Positions 19,215 through 31,121 are shown, counted from the stretch's first letter. The stretch: 64,000 nt of DNA from Kiritimatiellia bacterium (GCA_040767085.1 JAXGPF010000014.1:64001-128000); one strand, 5' to 3'. The notes: a model not told the origin generated them from the sequence alone. Program-made: numbers and translations.

Positions 19215-20633
19215 ATGCATACATTCATGAAAAGCGCTTTTTTCATCGCCGCCAGCCTCAGTTTATCAGCCGCAATTCCGGCGGCCGCTTCAACAAACCT
19301 GATCCGCAACCCCGGGTTTGAAGAAGTTGACCCGGCCGGCCTGCCCGCCGCCTGGGACATCTCCGGACAGGATCAGATCACGGTCGCGATTGACACCAAC
19401 GATCAGCGCTCCGGCCGGCATGCCTTGCGTTTGCATTTCCAGGGATACCCCCAGCATGTCATTGCCCGCCAGAAGATTCCAGGCCCGTTTGCGCCTGATC
19501 GGCCATACGAGTTCGGCTTCGAGGCGCGCGGCAGGGACCTGATTCCGGATGAAGGCAACCCGGGGTGGCACGCCTATGCCACGCTGCGCATGCATGACAC
19601 CGGCGACAAGGTCATCGCCCAGGAAGCCTTCGGGCTGGATCATGGCGACACCGATTGGCGGCGTTACGCGCGCGATTTCAGCGTGCCGCCGGCAACGGAA
19701 TATATTTCCGTGATCATTGGTGATTATCGCAATAACGGTGCGGTCTGGCTGGATGATTTTTGCCTGAGCGCCGGAGAATTGGCCGCGCACCGCGCCGAGC
19801 CGTATGTGGACGCGTCTTTTAAATGCGGCGCCGACCGCATGACCCTGGCGGAAATGCAATCCGCCGGCATCACGGCCTTGACGCATGTGCCGCCGCACCC
19901 GGAAATGTATGCGGCGGCGCGCAAATACGGCATGCGTATTCTGCCGTACGTCTCCGCCATCAAGGTCGCCAAAAGCGACGCAGGCCCCTGGGGGCCATGC
20001 GTGCTCCGGCATCATTTCTGGAGGGAAATAGACGTGGTGCGCCACCCGGAATGGCAGGCCTGGCATCGCGACGGCAGCGGACGGGAGGCGGAATATGCGA
20101 TGAATTATTATCCGTATTTCAAGCTTGGCTGCCATTACCAGGCCGGCTACCGCGCAGCGATCACCCGCGGCGTTTTAAATCTGCTGGAAGACGGCGCGGG
20201 AGGAGTGTTCGTGGATAATGTTTCGGAATACCGGCATAATGCCCTGCCGTGTTCCGGTCCGGCCCTGGGAAAACATCAACATCCGGACGGCGGCCAGGAT
20301 CAATTTGATTATTACCTGGCGACATTAAGCAACATGTATGCCCGGGCCAAGGCGGCGGACCCGGATTTCCTGGTTTTCATCAATGCCGGCATGCTGGATG
20401 TGTATGGCGGCAACGGCGACCTCAGCATGCATGAAAACGTTCTGCAATTGCCCCTTGCGGGATACCGCGGCAATATTCCTCCCGATTATTCCGAGTTGGA
20501 TCACCGCCATTTGAACTGGCGCCGGTTCTGGACCATCCATCAGCAGTTGCAGGAATACCAGGCCCGCTACCAAACAGATGTGTTCACCTCCACCACCGCC
20601 GGCGATGTTTGCTCCGCGCACGAAAATCTTTTT
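19215..20633 (+). pseudogene. 5' part of a secreted multi-domain carbohydrate-active protein (CBM4/9-like plus GH-like TIM barrel), interrupted by ISL3
   Basis: Signal peptide, NLIRNPGFEE...VWLDDF CBM-like domain, GAGGVFVDN; joins in frame to 22173 once the IS and one target copy are removed. Confidence 0.8.
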
Positions 20634-22164
20634 GTTTCCTCACCAGAATTTGTGGGTGATTACCGGTTCGGGCAATTGCCCAAGGGTATGATATAGCGCC
20701 ATTTCCGCGCCATGAAAAGTTCTGAAGCCATAAGATCGTTTGGTAACCACTCGAGCTTTATTGTTCAAGCCCTCGGTTGCGCCAGTAAAAACCTCGTTTC
20801 TGGCTCTGATCCAGTTCAAAAGCAGCTCCTCGTGTTTAGCAATGGTTTTAGCCGCCTTAATGATTGGCGCAATGCGGCTACGACAGGCGCGCTTGACCCA
20901 TGCCTGGAGATAATTACGCGCCCAGGTTGGGCTGTGATAGCTCCAAAAATGCTGAAAGCTTTCCTTGAACAAATAGGCGCGGCCGGTTTGCAGTCTTGTG
21001 CCCAATATCCGATCAAGCATTTCGCGAGCTTTGCCGCGCACGCGGTTTGCGGCGCAGCAAGGTCCAGCGCATTTTCTTGAGTTTTTGCTTGGCCGCCGGA
21101 CGCGCTGTCATCGCCGCCATATCCCGGCGCCGGACCTCGTCCACGGCGGCATTCAAGGTTTGCACGACATGGAAGCGGTCAATCATGTGGCAACCGTGGC
21201 TGAGGCTCGCAGCAATGACTTTCAGATAAGGTCGCCACATATCGCTACATATATGTCGAATGCCGGCCAGCACGGGTTTTCCCAAAGATTGCAACCCTTT
21301 ACGCAGCGCGCGGCCCGGCGGGTTTGGCCGACCCAGAGCAATCGGCGGCATTGCGCATCAATCTGATAGATCAAGGTCAGATAGTTCTTGCTCTTTTTAC
21401 CGTTGCCTACGTGGAGTTCATCAACACCAATCGCCGTTATATTGGCCAATTCCCGGTGCGCCAAGCCCCATTCCACCATCCACTCGACCGACCGATAAAC
21501 CGCCTGCCAACTGACTTTGAAAATCAGCGCCGTCTCTTTCCAGGACAACCTCCGCGCCCAGTTCCCCAAAAAAAGCATCAGCGCCTTGCTGTAGGGTCGT
21601 TTGCCATCGCTCCAAGGCAGCGCTTCCACCACCACGCCATGTTCGGGGCAATTTACCCGGCGCGGACTATAATGCAAAAAAGCCGGCACATTCAAAATGG
21701 GCACAAACGCCCATATCCGTTCAGGCAGAGTGTCGTATGTCGCCAGCGGTCGCCCGCAACGCGAGCAGCATGCCGCGCGTTGGCGATGCGGACGAATGCT
21801 TATATCCACTTTCCATTGGCCGCGACGATCCAAAACCATACAAGTTTCCTGATAAATAAAACGTTTCAAAGGTTGCAAACGATTCAAAATTGTTTTAAGT
21901 TTCACCTTGGGCTGGTCCTCCTTTTTTTGTGTTCACCCATTGCATACGCAATGGATTACGGAAAGGCCAGCCTATTTTTTTGCCGCCGCTTTATCTCCGT
22001 TCCGCCATCGCGCCAATCAGGAGTTATTAATCAGGCTGCTGCGGGGCCGCCAAACGCCCAAAGCGGCAGGCTGTTAATAACTCCACCATCTTTGGGCGCC
22101 ATTGCTTGGAGAACTTCTTAAACTTTAAAACCTGTTTTTTACCCACAAATTCTGGTTAGGAGCC
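20634..22164 (-). mobile_element. ISL3-family IS (1531 bp) with a degenerate transposase
   Basis: 24-bp IRs gtttcctcaccagaatttgtgggt / ggctcctaaccagaatttgtgggt (3 mismatches); 8-bp target duplication ATCTTTTT at 20626-20633 and 22165-22172. Confidence 0.93.
20640..21905 (-). pseudogene. ISL3 transposase in three frames (two frameshifts, about 21310 and 21030)
   Basis: CSRCG..YD zinc finger, RRVNCPEHG, IGVDE (frame A); SDMWRPY, IDRFHVV (frame B); EGLNNK...SYGFR (frame C). Confidence 0.9.
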
Positions 22165-22172
22165 ATCTTTTT

Positions 22173-24860
22173 TATTCTTTTGTCTTTGCGCGGATGATCG
22201 GCTACAACCAGTGGGGAGCAGGCATTAAAGGGCCGTATCCCCACGGGCGCCGGTGGGGGCGCTTGCCCGGCATGTCCGCGTTGCGCGCCCTGTATCGCCA
22301 ATGGCGGGGCATCGGCGCGCCCCTGGCGCCGCCGGTAATCACCGCCAACCATGGCAGCCAGGCTTTCGAAAAGGCCTGCCTGGTCATTAATCCCACGCTG
22401 GAGGAACAGGAGATAACTTTTTCGGTGCGGCACCTGGAACTGCCGGCGGTGGATTTGTTTTCCGGCCGCCCGCTGGACGCGGCCGGGGATGGCGCGGTTT
22501 CCATGCGCCTGCCGTTTTATGCCGGGCGGATCATTGTGTCCCGCGCGGACGCGCTGCGGAACGAACTCGCGGAATTGCGCGGGCAATTGGAAGCGGTTTA
22601 TCAATATCTGCGCGACAACTCAAGCTTGTCCAATCCGCAATTCAAGCAAGGGCCTGCTTTTGAAATCCTGGCGGATTTACGCCGGGCCATCGGAGCGTTG
22701 CCGGCCGAGCCCCTGGAGATCAAGGCGGAGGATTTTAACCGTTTGACCATGCGCCTGGCGGAATTGTCGCCGGCCGATTTTCTGGACGAGCCCGGGGCGC
22801 AGCTATGCGCCGCCGGGGACAGCCTGGATGGCGATGCCGTCCGCAAATTGCTGGCCGCGCCGGACAGCCGGTTGTCCCCGCCGGAAATATGGGAAAGCGG
22901 CGAGGCGCGATATGCCATTTTGCGTTCGGCCGGCGCGGCCTACAGTTTTGAGCCGCATTTGAATTACGGCGCGGATGCCTTCCATAACTATGGTTCGGCG
23001 CCCGTCGGGCATGTCTGCTGTTCCGCCGAACGCCCGACGGAATGGCTGGTGTATCCGCAGGTATCCGCTCTGCGGTTTCAAGCGAGCATTTCCGCGCCGG
23101 ACAATAAAACCATCAGCATGACGCAAGGCCGCTTAAAAAGCATCGAAAAACTTGCCGGTTCCGCCCGGGAACAAAACGTGTTGCTGCGGTATGCCCTGGA
23201 ACCACCCGCCGCCGGTCCGGTTGAGGAGGAGCATCCGGATTTGACCGTCATGGCCGCGCTGCATCAAGGCTCCCCGGTGTTATCGCTGGAAATCGGCCTG
23301 GAAAACACAAGCGGGCCCGTCCCCGGCGCCTGGATTGAGGTCGCGCACATGACGGGGGTAACTGCGCCGGGCAGCGCGCGGCGCGCGGTGTTCGGCAGAG
23401 GGGCGGATGGCGCAACCAATTGGTTTTACCTGCCGGAACCGGAAAACAACCGCGCCGGGGAATTGGTCATCGGCCGGCCGGACTTGCGTTTTTTGCGCGG
23501 CCGCCTGGCCGGCCAGCCTGGCGCAAAGTTGAAATTCGACGTGGTGCGTCTGCATGCCCATGATCATTATTTTCTCGATGGACGTTTGCGATTCGCGCGG
23601 CTGGCCGCCGGACGCGCGGCGCAATTGTTGAACAATATCTACCTGGAGGCGCGGCCGAGTCCGTCAAACAAGGCGTTTATCGGGGAAAACGTGGAACTGA
23701 AACTGACGGCGGCCGATGCCGCGGGCGCAAATCATGCCGGCGCGGAGTTTGCGCTGCAGGCGGATTTGACCGTGGTCAGCCGCCCGGGCATGGTGCAACC
23801 GGTGGCGGCGGAACAAGCGACGCCCGGCGTTTTTAAGCTCGTGGAGTTGGCCGCAACGGAGGGCGATGTGCTCATGTTGAACGGATCGGCGGTCATCCCA
23901 ACCCCGGCGGCTGGAACTTTTCATGCCGAAAAGGCATGGCTTTTACGCATGCATAATCCGGTTATAAGCCGGTTAACCCGTCTGCCGCCGGCCGCGCCGG
24001 GCCAATGCCGTTACGAATTGCGGGTTATCAACAACAGCGCCAGCCGTGACTTCCAGGGGCTGGCCCGTTTGACGCCGCATAACCAGGCCTGGCCGGTGGC
24101 GCCCGCCCAACATGAACTGCACATTGCGCCCGCGGGCGAATTCATCGGGGAATTCAGCATTACCGGCGGATCCAACGCCATCAACACCCTGGCCAGCGGC
24201 CAACTGGAACTGCAGCGGGACGCAAAAGTGCTGGAGAATCAGCGTTGCGGCATACACTTCTCGCCCACGGCGCGCGTGCCCTTTCTGCGGCAACCGCCCA
24301 AGCTGGACGGCAAGCTGCAGGATGCCGAATGGGCAGCGGCGGTTTTGTTGCCGGGCTTCCGGCGCGCGCGCACGGGCGCGCCGGACCCGGATACGCAGGT
24401 CCGGCTGGGTTATGACCAAAAGCATTTATATCTTGCCTTCCATTGCGGTAATTTTAATAATGGCGGGAATAAGCAGGAAGTTGAACCGGCGGCGCAAAAT
24501 GTTTATGACGACGCCGCCTTGCGGGACGACAGCGTGGAAATATATCTGCGGCCGGATTTCCGGAATCCCGCGGCCGCGCCGGAGCGGCTGGGCATCAATT
24601 ATCAGGGCAATTATAAAACGGAAAGCATCGCGGAATTTTCCGCCGCGGCCGGCGGCGGCCCGGGATATTGGACGCTGGAAGTCGCCATTCCTTTCGAGTC
24701 CCTGGGGCGGAACGCCCCGGCTTCCGGCGATGTCTGGAGCGGCAATTTCTGCCGCACCTATCATGCGGCGGCCGCGCCGGAGCGTTATGGCGCGGCCTGG
24801 TCTTTTTTGAGCGGCGGATACAACCAGCCGGAACAGTTCGGCTGGCTGCATTTTGAGTGA
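22173..24860 (+). pseudogene. 3' part of the IS-interrupted protein, ending in a CBM9-like domain
   Basis: 895 open codons; PPKLDGKLQDAEW...LYLAFHC...DDSVEIYL...WTLEVAIPF..L...W.GNFCR...PEQFGWLHFE. Confidence 0.8.
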
Positions 24861-24897
24861 GGCGGCGGGGGCGGGAATTCAACCAGCGAGGTATGAC

Positions 24898-26331
24898 ATG
24901 TTAAAATATCGGAAATTAAAAGTTTGGCTGGCGGTTTTAGGCGCCGGCGCGCTGGCCGGCGCCCCGGCGGTGTTGGCGCAGACCACCTGGTATGTGGCGA
25001 CCAATGGCGCCGGCGGGGGAACGGGGGGCTGGCCGGAGGCCACCAACAGCCTGCCGGGCGCGATCCGCGCGGCGGCGGGCGGCGATACGGTGCTGGTCAG
25101 CAACGGGATTTACATTTCCACCGGCGCCATGGGCAATCGCGCCATGCTGAATATCACCAACGGGATTGCCGTGCGCAGCCTGGACGGCCGTGAGGAAACA
25201 GTCCTGGACGGCAATGCGCCGACAAGGGAAAACACGGTGGTTTATCTGGGCCATCCCGAAGCGGTGCTGGAAGGATTCACCATCACGCGCGGCCTGGCCG
25301 TCGGCGGCAGCCAGGCCTATCGTTATGGCGGCGGCGTGCTCATCACCAATGGCGGCGCGGTGCGGGATTGCCTGATCACCGGCAATGCCGCGGGAAGAAC
25401 CAACTCCAGTAGCGGCCGCGGCGGCGGAGTATATGTTTGCGCCGCTTCCGCGGCGTCTATCAGCAATTGCGTCATTTCGAACAATGTCACGGATACCGAC
25501 ACCCTGGGCGGCAGCACCGGCGGAACCGGCGGCGGCGTTTATATCGATGGGAGCGATGATGGAGAGCATGCGGTGGAGATTGTAAACAGCCGGATTGTCC
25601 ATAATCTGTGCGGCGGAACGCAAGGCGGCGGATTATATGCCGCCCGGGGCGTTTTCACCGGCTGCTTGATCGCGTGGAACCAGGCGCCCAGCACCAATGC
25701 TAACAACGGTTTAGGCGGCGGGATGACCTTATCAAAAACCGCTGAAGCGCGCAATTGCGTGATAGCAAGCAATTATGCCTATAAAGTATCCGGTGTACGC
25801 ATGTATTATGGCGGATTGCTGCGCAATTGTTTGATTGAAGGCAATCGCAGCGATGTTGAACCGGCGATTTACTTTTCCCAGGACGGCATGATGCAAAATT
25901 GCACGGTAGTGAATAATGTCAACAGCAATGGCTTGACGGGCGGCATCCAGATAACTCTAGCCGAAGGGTTGGTCAGCCTGGAAAACAATATCGTCTGGAT
26001 GAATGACGCCCCCAATGGAACTTACAGTAATTACTACCGGGGTTCCGGAACCATGGCGATATCCAATAACTGCGTGGGCTCCACCTCCGCGGATTTTCAC
26101 CTCGATGATCCCGCGTATGGCAATATCAATACGCCGCCATTGTTTATGGATGAGGCAGGCGACTACCGGCTGCAAGCGCCATCGCCCTGCATCAATGCCG
26201 GCCAAACCCATCCCTGGATGCGGGGCGCGGTGGACCTGGCCGGCCACCGCCGGCTGGATTGGGTGACCGGCGTGGTGGATATGGGGGGTTATGAATACGC
26301 GCCGCCGGGCACCCTGATCCAATTGCGTTGA
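24898..26331 (+). CDS. Secreted right-handed beta-helix protein with a choice-of-anchor-Q-like C-terminus
   Basis: Signal peptide, GDTVLVSNGIY, repeated GGGVY...CxIxxN units, DYRLQAPSPCINAG...DLAG..R...VDMGGYEY. Confidence 0.8.
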   Translation: MLKYRKLKVWLAVLGAGALAGAPAVLAQTTWYVATNGAGGGTGGWPEATNSLPGAIRAAAGGDTVLVSNGIYISTGAMGNRAMLNITNGIAVRSLDGREETVLDGNAPTRENTVVYLGHPEAVLEGFTITRGLAVGGSQAYRYGGGVLITNGGAVRDCLITGNAAGRTNSSSGRGGGVYVCAASAASISNCVISNNVTDTDTLGGSTGGTGGGVYIDGSDDGEHAVEIVNSRIVHNLCGGTQGGGLYAARGVFTGCLIAWNQAPSTNANNGLGGGMTLSKTAEARNCVIASNYAYKVSGVRMYYGGLLRNCLIEGNRSDVEPAIYFSQDGMMQNCTVVNNVNSNGLTGGIQITLAEGLVSLENNIVWMNDAPNGTYSNYYRGSGTMAISNNCVGSTSADFHLDDPAYGNINTPPLFMDEAGDYRLQAPSPCINAGQTHPWMRGAVDLAGHRRLDWVTGVVDMGGYEYAPPGTLIQLR

Positions 26332-26558
26332 TGCCGGTGTCACCGCTAGTTTGCAAATAGCCGCGGGCTTCGTCCTGAAGGTGAAGCGCGGAACAGCAGA
26401 TACCACATCGCGGAATGTCGCGGGCAATGCCTGTTGATGGTGAACGGTTTGATTTAAAGCAATTTTTCTCTTATGCATCTGATCCATCCTGTTGTTTCTG
26501 TCTTGAATTAACAACGGCGTCGTATGGAGATAACAAGCAACAATACCGGAAATGTTTC

Positions 26559-29500
26559 ATGAGTTACGAGTTTTATGATGATTTTGCCGTTTATTCGGAA
26601 GGCGAACACCCGATTAGTTGGTTGGTTGAAGAGCATACAGCGCATTCGCATCGGCATGGTTGTGTGCATAATGGCGCATATGCATTGCTTTTACGCGACA
26701 ACAAACACATGCCTTGCATGCCGCCGCTGTGCGATTTTATTCTAACATGCAATTGTCACGGAGATCCTGGCGTGACGGAAGCCGCGGTTTACGTGTTCTT
26801 CCGCTATGATCCGGAGATATTGACCGGTTATTTTCTCAAGTATCTTTGGAACCGGCAGAGTGCAGTGACAGAGTTTGGTTTGATTCATAACAATATCCCG
26901 CTGCTCATCGACAAATATGAGAAAGATTTAGTCTTTACGGCGGATCCCGCCGGTGCGGATAATCGGCTGCGCCTGGAAGTAAGAGGAAACTTATTTGCGT
27001 TTTATCACAATGATGTTAATGCCGGAGTTTTTAAAGATACGCAACGCGCGCTTAACGGCGCCGGGAAAATTGCTTTTGACCGGCCACATGCGCGTGCGCC
27101 TGATCGAGGAATGATTTGGCTGAAAAATGTGCGTATTTCCTCTGACGATGCGATTGGCCGCCGGCCCGTCTGGCAGCCGATATCGATCCTTTTCCCTTCG
27201 AGTTACAACGGCATGGTTTCGCCTTATAATTTTCACTTGCAATCGTCGGCTTTACCAGGTTGTTTCGAGTTGAAGGCGCGTTTGACAGGTGGACCGGCAG
27301 AACGTCACGACACATCTTTTGATGATTATAAAAAAGCGCGTCATTGGATGAACGAGCTGATGACCGGGCCCTATCTGCGGATTGAAAACGGCTCCGGTCG
27401 ATCCCTTGGTAAGTTTTACCTGTGCCGCGGGACGGTTGGCCTGAATGCCAATTGGGATCGTCAGGCCACAGCTTTGCCCCCGGCGCAGCATGAGTGTCCG
27501 ATCGAAAGGACTTTTATGCTCCCGGCATTGCCGGCGGACGCTAATCTGATTTTCGGATACGACTGTTATGAGGCCGAAGAACGGCAAATTTTAAAAGGGG
27601 GTCCGACAGAAATAATTATAGATCCGAAAACTGGTGCCGTTTTACATGGCGGGCCAGCTCTCGAAAACCGCAAATATTACATTGAAATCCGATCGGGCGG
27701 CCAAAAACAAATCTGCGCGCTTATTCCCGGTGATGAACCGCGTTACGCGGAGGCCCTGGCATTTGCCGAAAATAATCATTATTTTTATACATCAGAACCG
27801 GTTGTTTTTCAAATCTCGGCTTATTGCAGGAACCACGGGGATAATCCGGCAATAATCAAGAAGATTAAAATATCGGCGCGTTTACTGGATGTGTTTGCCA
27901 GGCCGGTAGGAAGTTGGCGCCATTTGCCCATAGATGGAGAAAATAACGCAAACGCGGATATTTTGTTGCGCATGGGTTTTAATACATTTACAGCCAGGTT
28001 GGACTGGGGCAACCGTCCTGTAGGAGTTTATCATGCGGAACTGCGTTTGCAATTGGCTGATTCAACAATTGCTTCGCTTGTGCGCGCGTTTGAAGTGATG
28101 CCGGTTGATCAAGAAGCTATCCCGGCGCCGTTGGCTTCCGGTTTGCCTGAATTATTGTGCGCGGAATTCTTTGAGTGTCAATCGCCGGCGGCCGGATTCG
28201 ACCCATGGGTTGGTCGTGATGTTGATGAATATCATTATGTCTCGCATAATGTGTTTGACGGCGCGTTTGCCAGGCGGAACAAAACGCGGCGTGTATTGCG
28301 CTTGTATCGAAGACGCTGCATGTTGTGGCTGTTCCCGTGGATGCCGGAAGGCGTCAATCCTGAGTTGTATAAAGATTTTCTTGCGGAAGCAGATTTAATT
28401 TATTCAGCCGGGATTATGCTCCGGTTTGATTTATGGCGGCGGAGCACTTACGCGTGCCGTAAAGGCGGGTGGAGTTTGTCGTGCGATCCGCGTTTTTTTG
28501 AATGTTTTTTGGAATTTTTGCGCAGTCCTGTATTTTTAAAATCGAATCATTCCGTATTGTCGGCTGAAATCGTGGAATCGCGGGGCAGTATAACGGAAGA
28601 AGAATTCTCAATTCTGGTTGATCAACATTGGAAAATATGGCTGGAATATTTTAATCGTTGGTATTCTAATGTTTATGCGCCGGTTGAATGCCAGCGCATG
28701 AAGGCTCTGGCGCCAAAATCGCAATGGGGATGGTTTGGGCCGTATCCGCCATATGGGTCCATATACAAATCCGCATATTTCGCGCGTTATATGGGCCGTG
28801 ATCTTACCCTAAACTGGCATAAGGCATTGCAGGGCCCGCTGCGATTTGAAAGTTATCCGTATATTTGCGATTATCCTGTTCAACGCGATGTCTTTATGCT
28901 TGCTTCCATGAAAATGGAGGCGCCGGAAATGCGGTTGTATCCCGAAATATACGGGCTGGTGGCCTGTCCGACCGACGGCCATGTAATGAAAGGCAGCCCG
29001 CCTTACGGCCGTATCCGGACGCCAGGCGCTTCCTTGACGAAACGTTTTTATGAATATGCCTATGCCGCCGTGTGGCATGACGGCTCAGAATTTCGATATT
29101 GGCAGGATAACGGATTTCAACCGACGCATTGGGCGCGCGATCATTTTGCCGCCTTGCTTGCTGCCTGGCCGACCATTCGCGAGGTACGGCCCCTAAAGCC
29201 GGCGCGCACAACAGCTTTTGTTTACAGCCGTGCCGCTTGCATCCGACACCCAGATTTCCATGATCGCCGCAACCCGACTTATAATGGTCGTTCCGCTATG
29301 CCCGATGACGTTTTTAATACGGCGGAAGAGGCAATTGCGTTTGCCTATGAAAAAGCTCGGTTGGACGGACAATCCGCCGGATTTGTCACGGAATTGAGGC
29401 ATTTAGCTACGCTTGACCCGGAAGATGTGGATACGCTGGTATTGCCTCCATTGAGCGGCTTGCCGGTAGAAAGTATAGGTATGATCCGCCGTTGCCATGA

Positions 29501-30185
29501 GAATGGCATGAATTTGCTGGCATTCGAGGAGGTCAACGGCCTGGAAGATGTGTTTGGCGTGGTATCAACAGATTCCGTGGCGGTCAACGAAATATTTGTT
29601 GCGCCGGAGTATAGCTCGGATAAACGGTGGCATGAATTAGCCGGATATCGAGAACATGCGGCGCATTCCCTTTGCCGGGCGCATTATCAATCAAACGGGT
29701 GCCGGATTATATTAAACGGCATATCTTCATGTGGAAATACTATTCCTGTTTTGACGTTCAATCAGACCCCGTTTGGTTCAACCGCCTTGTTTACAATTCC
29801 GCCGACCGTAGTCCGCCGCGAAGATGGCGCTGGAGTGTATACTTATGGCAGCGCCAGTATAAGCCAGCTGATTAATCGCGCCCTGGCTTTAATATTGCGC
29901 CAACTGGGTTCGCCGATAGTCGAAACCACATCCGGCATATTAATCGCATTTTGGGATACGCAAAAAGCATTGCGTATTATTGTGGAGGAGGCCGGCGCTC
30001 CGGAATCCATTGCTCCGCATGAAGCGTTTGTGACAATACGAATTCCAAAGCACACAATCGATAATATAGAATCTGCGCATCAATATGACCTTATAAAACA
30101 AGACGGCGGGGAAGCATGTTTACGCTTGGAGCTTGGCCGCAATGAATGCGCGCTGATAACTATACATATGCATGATAACAAATAA
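26559..30185 (+). CDS. Large uncharacterised protein, possibly a glycoside hydrolase (ConA/DUF1080-like N-terminus, GATase-like trimerisation-type C-terminus)
   Basis: About 1208-aa open frame; NRLRLEVRGN...GKIAF...LKNVRI; TAFVYS...DTLVLPPL...GMNLLAFE. Function inferred from context. Confidence 0.65.
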   Translation: MSYEFYDDFAVYSEGEHPISWLVEEHTAHSHRHGCVHNGAYALLLRDNKHMPCMPPLCDFILTCNCHGDPGVTEAAVYVFFRYDPEILTGYFLKYLWNRQSAVTEFGLIHNNIPLLIDKYEKDLVFTADPAGADNRLRLEVRGNLFAFYHNDVNAGVFKDTQRALNGAGKIAFDRPHARAPDRGMIWLKNVRISSDDAIGRRPVWQPISILFPSSYNGMVSPYNFHLQSSALPGCFELKARLTGGPAERHDTSFDDYKKARHWMNELMTGPYLRIENGSGRSLGKFYLCRGTVGLNANWDRQATALPPAQHECPIERTFMLPALPADANLIFGYDCYEAEERQILKGGPTEIIIDPKTGAVLHGGPALENRKYYIEIRSGGQKQICALIPGDEPRYAEALAFAENNHYFYTSEPVVFQISAYCRNHGDNPAIIKKIKISARLLDVFARPVGSWRHLPIDGENNANADILLRMGFNTFTARLDWGNRPVGVYHAELRLQLADSTIASLVRAFEVMPVDQEAIPAPLASGLPELLCAEFFECQSPAAGFDPWVGRDVDEYHYVSHNVFDGAFARRNKTRRVLRLYRRRCMLWLFPWMPEGVNPELYKDFLAEADLIYSAGIMLRFDLWRRSTYACRKGGWSLSCDPRFFECFLEFLRSPVFLKSNHSVLSAEIVESRGSITEEEFSILVDQHWKIWLEYFNRWYSNVYAPVECQRMKALAPKSQWGWFGPYPPYGSIYKSAYFARYMGRDLTLNWHKALQGPLRFESYPYICDYPVQRDVFMLASMKMEAPEMRLYPEIYGLVACPTDGHVMKGSPPYGRIRTPGASLTKRFYEYAYAAVWHDGSEFRYWQDNGFQPTHWARDHFAALLAAWPTIREVRPLKPARTTAFVYSRAACIRHPDFHDRRNPTYNGRSAMPDDVFNTAEEAIAFAYEKARLDGQSAGFVTELRHLATLDPEDVDTLVLPPLSGLPVESIGMIRRCHENGMNLLAFEEVNGLEDVFGVVSTDSVAVNEIFVAPEYSSDKRWHELAGYREHAAHSLCRAHYQSNGCRIILNGISSCGNTIPVLTFNQTPFGSTALFTIPPTVVRREDGAGVYTYGSASISQLINRALALILRQLGSPIVETTSGILIAFWDTQKALRIIVEEAGAPESIAPHEAFVTIRIPKHTIDNIESAHQYDLIKQDGGEACLRLELGRNECALITIHMHDNK

Positions 30186-30251
30186 GAATTCCGGAATAAA
30201 TATTTTGCCCAATTGCGGATTATCAGGATCACGGGCACATGATGGCATAAG

Positions 30252-31121
30252 ATGAACCCAGTAATTAACAGTCCGCGGGCGAATAATGTCGACAATATTG
30301 TGCGCCTTATTGTCGATAGTGCGAGATTTGACGTTGTCAATCACACGATTTATGTTGGCACGTTTTTCGGCAAGGGGCATAGACATCCGGAACATTATCA
30401 GATGAGTTATGTTATCAGCGGGCGATGTGATGTGGTAATTGACGGCCAACGTTGTCGTGTTTGCCCGGGACGTGTTATATGGATTCCTCCGAATACTTTG
30501 CATTATTCCTGCCGACCTGATGAGCGTGAGCGCTTTGAGCTTGCGCAGACCAAGTTTTATTTATCGCGTAAGCCGAGATTTCAATTCCCGGTCATGATGA
30601 TGGTTCAGGCGCCACAGCAGTGGTTGACGCTCTTTCAGCAAATGTTAAACGAGTATTATAGCCAGCGGTATTGCCGTGAAACCGCTCTACGTCTATTGCT
30701 GGCCCAATTGGTGTTGTTGATGGCGGAGGAAATGGCGAGCGGATACCGGCGCGGAATAATAAGCAGAACTTACGATAGGGCAAAAACGCTACGGCGGACG
30801 AAAATCAATCAAGCCATCAGTTATTTGCACAATCATTATGGCGAATCATTAGGTTTAAAAGATATTGCCGCGCATGTCGGCATGTCGGTCAGCGCTTTAA
30901 GCCACGAATTCCGATTGGTAACCGGGCTTGCTCCGATTAATTATCTGATCAATTACCGTCTATCGCAGGCGGCTGTGCTGCTGGGCGACCCCCGTTTAAA
31001 AATCAGCGCGGTGGCTGATGCGGTTGGCTTTAATTGTCCATATTATTTTTGCCGGCAGTTCAAAAAACGTTATCGTGCCTCGCCGCGCGCTTATTATCGT
31101 AAAATATCTCATGCAAGATAG
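30252..31121 (+). CDS. AraC-family regulator (cupin plus HTH)
   Basis: HRHPEHYQ..WIPPNTLH cupin; LKDIAAHVGMS..LSHEF; ISAVADAVGF...YFCRQFKK..SPRAY. Confidence 0.92.
   Translation: MNPVINSPRANNVDNIVRLIVDSARFDVVNHTIYVGTFFGKGHRHPEHYQMSYVISGRCDVVIDGQRCRVCPGRVIWIPPNTLHYSCRPDERERFELAQTKFYLSRKPRFQFPVMMMVQAPQQWLTLFQQMLNEYYSQRYCRETALRLLLAQLVLLMAEEMASGYRRGIISRTYDRAKTLRRTKINQAISYLHNHYGESLGLKDIAAHVGMSVSALSHEFRLVTGLAPINYLINYRLSQAAVLLGDPRLKISAVADAVGFNCPYYFCRQFKKRYRASPRAYYRKISHAR

Noticed and set aside
20634..20696. C-terminal 20 aa of ORF 19215..20696
   Set aside because: Read-through into the IS end, not the native terminus.
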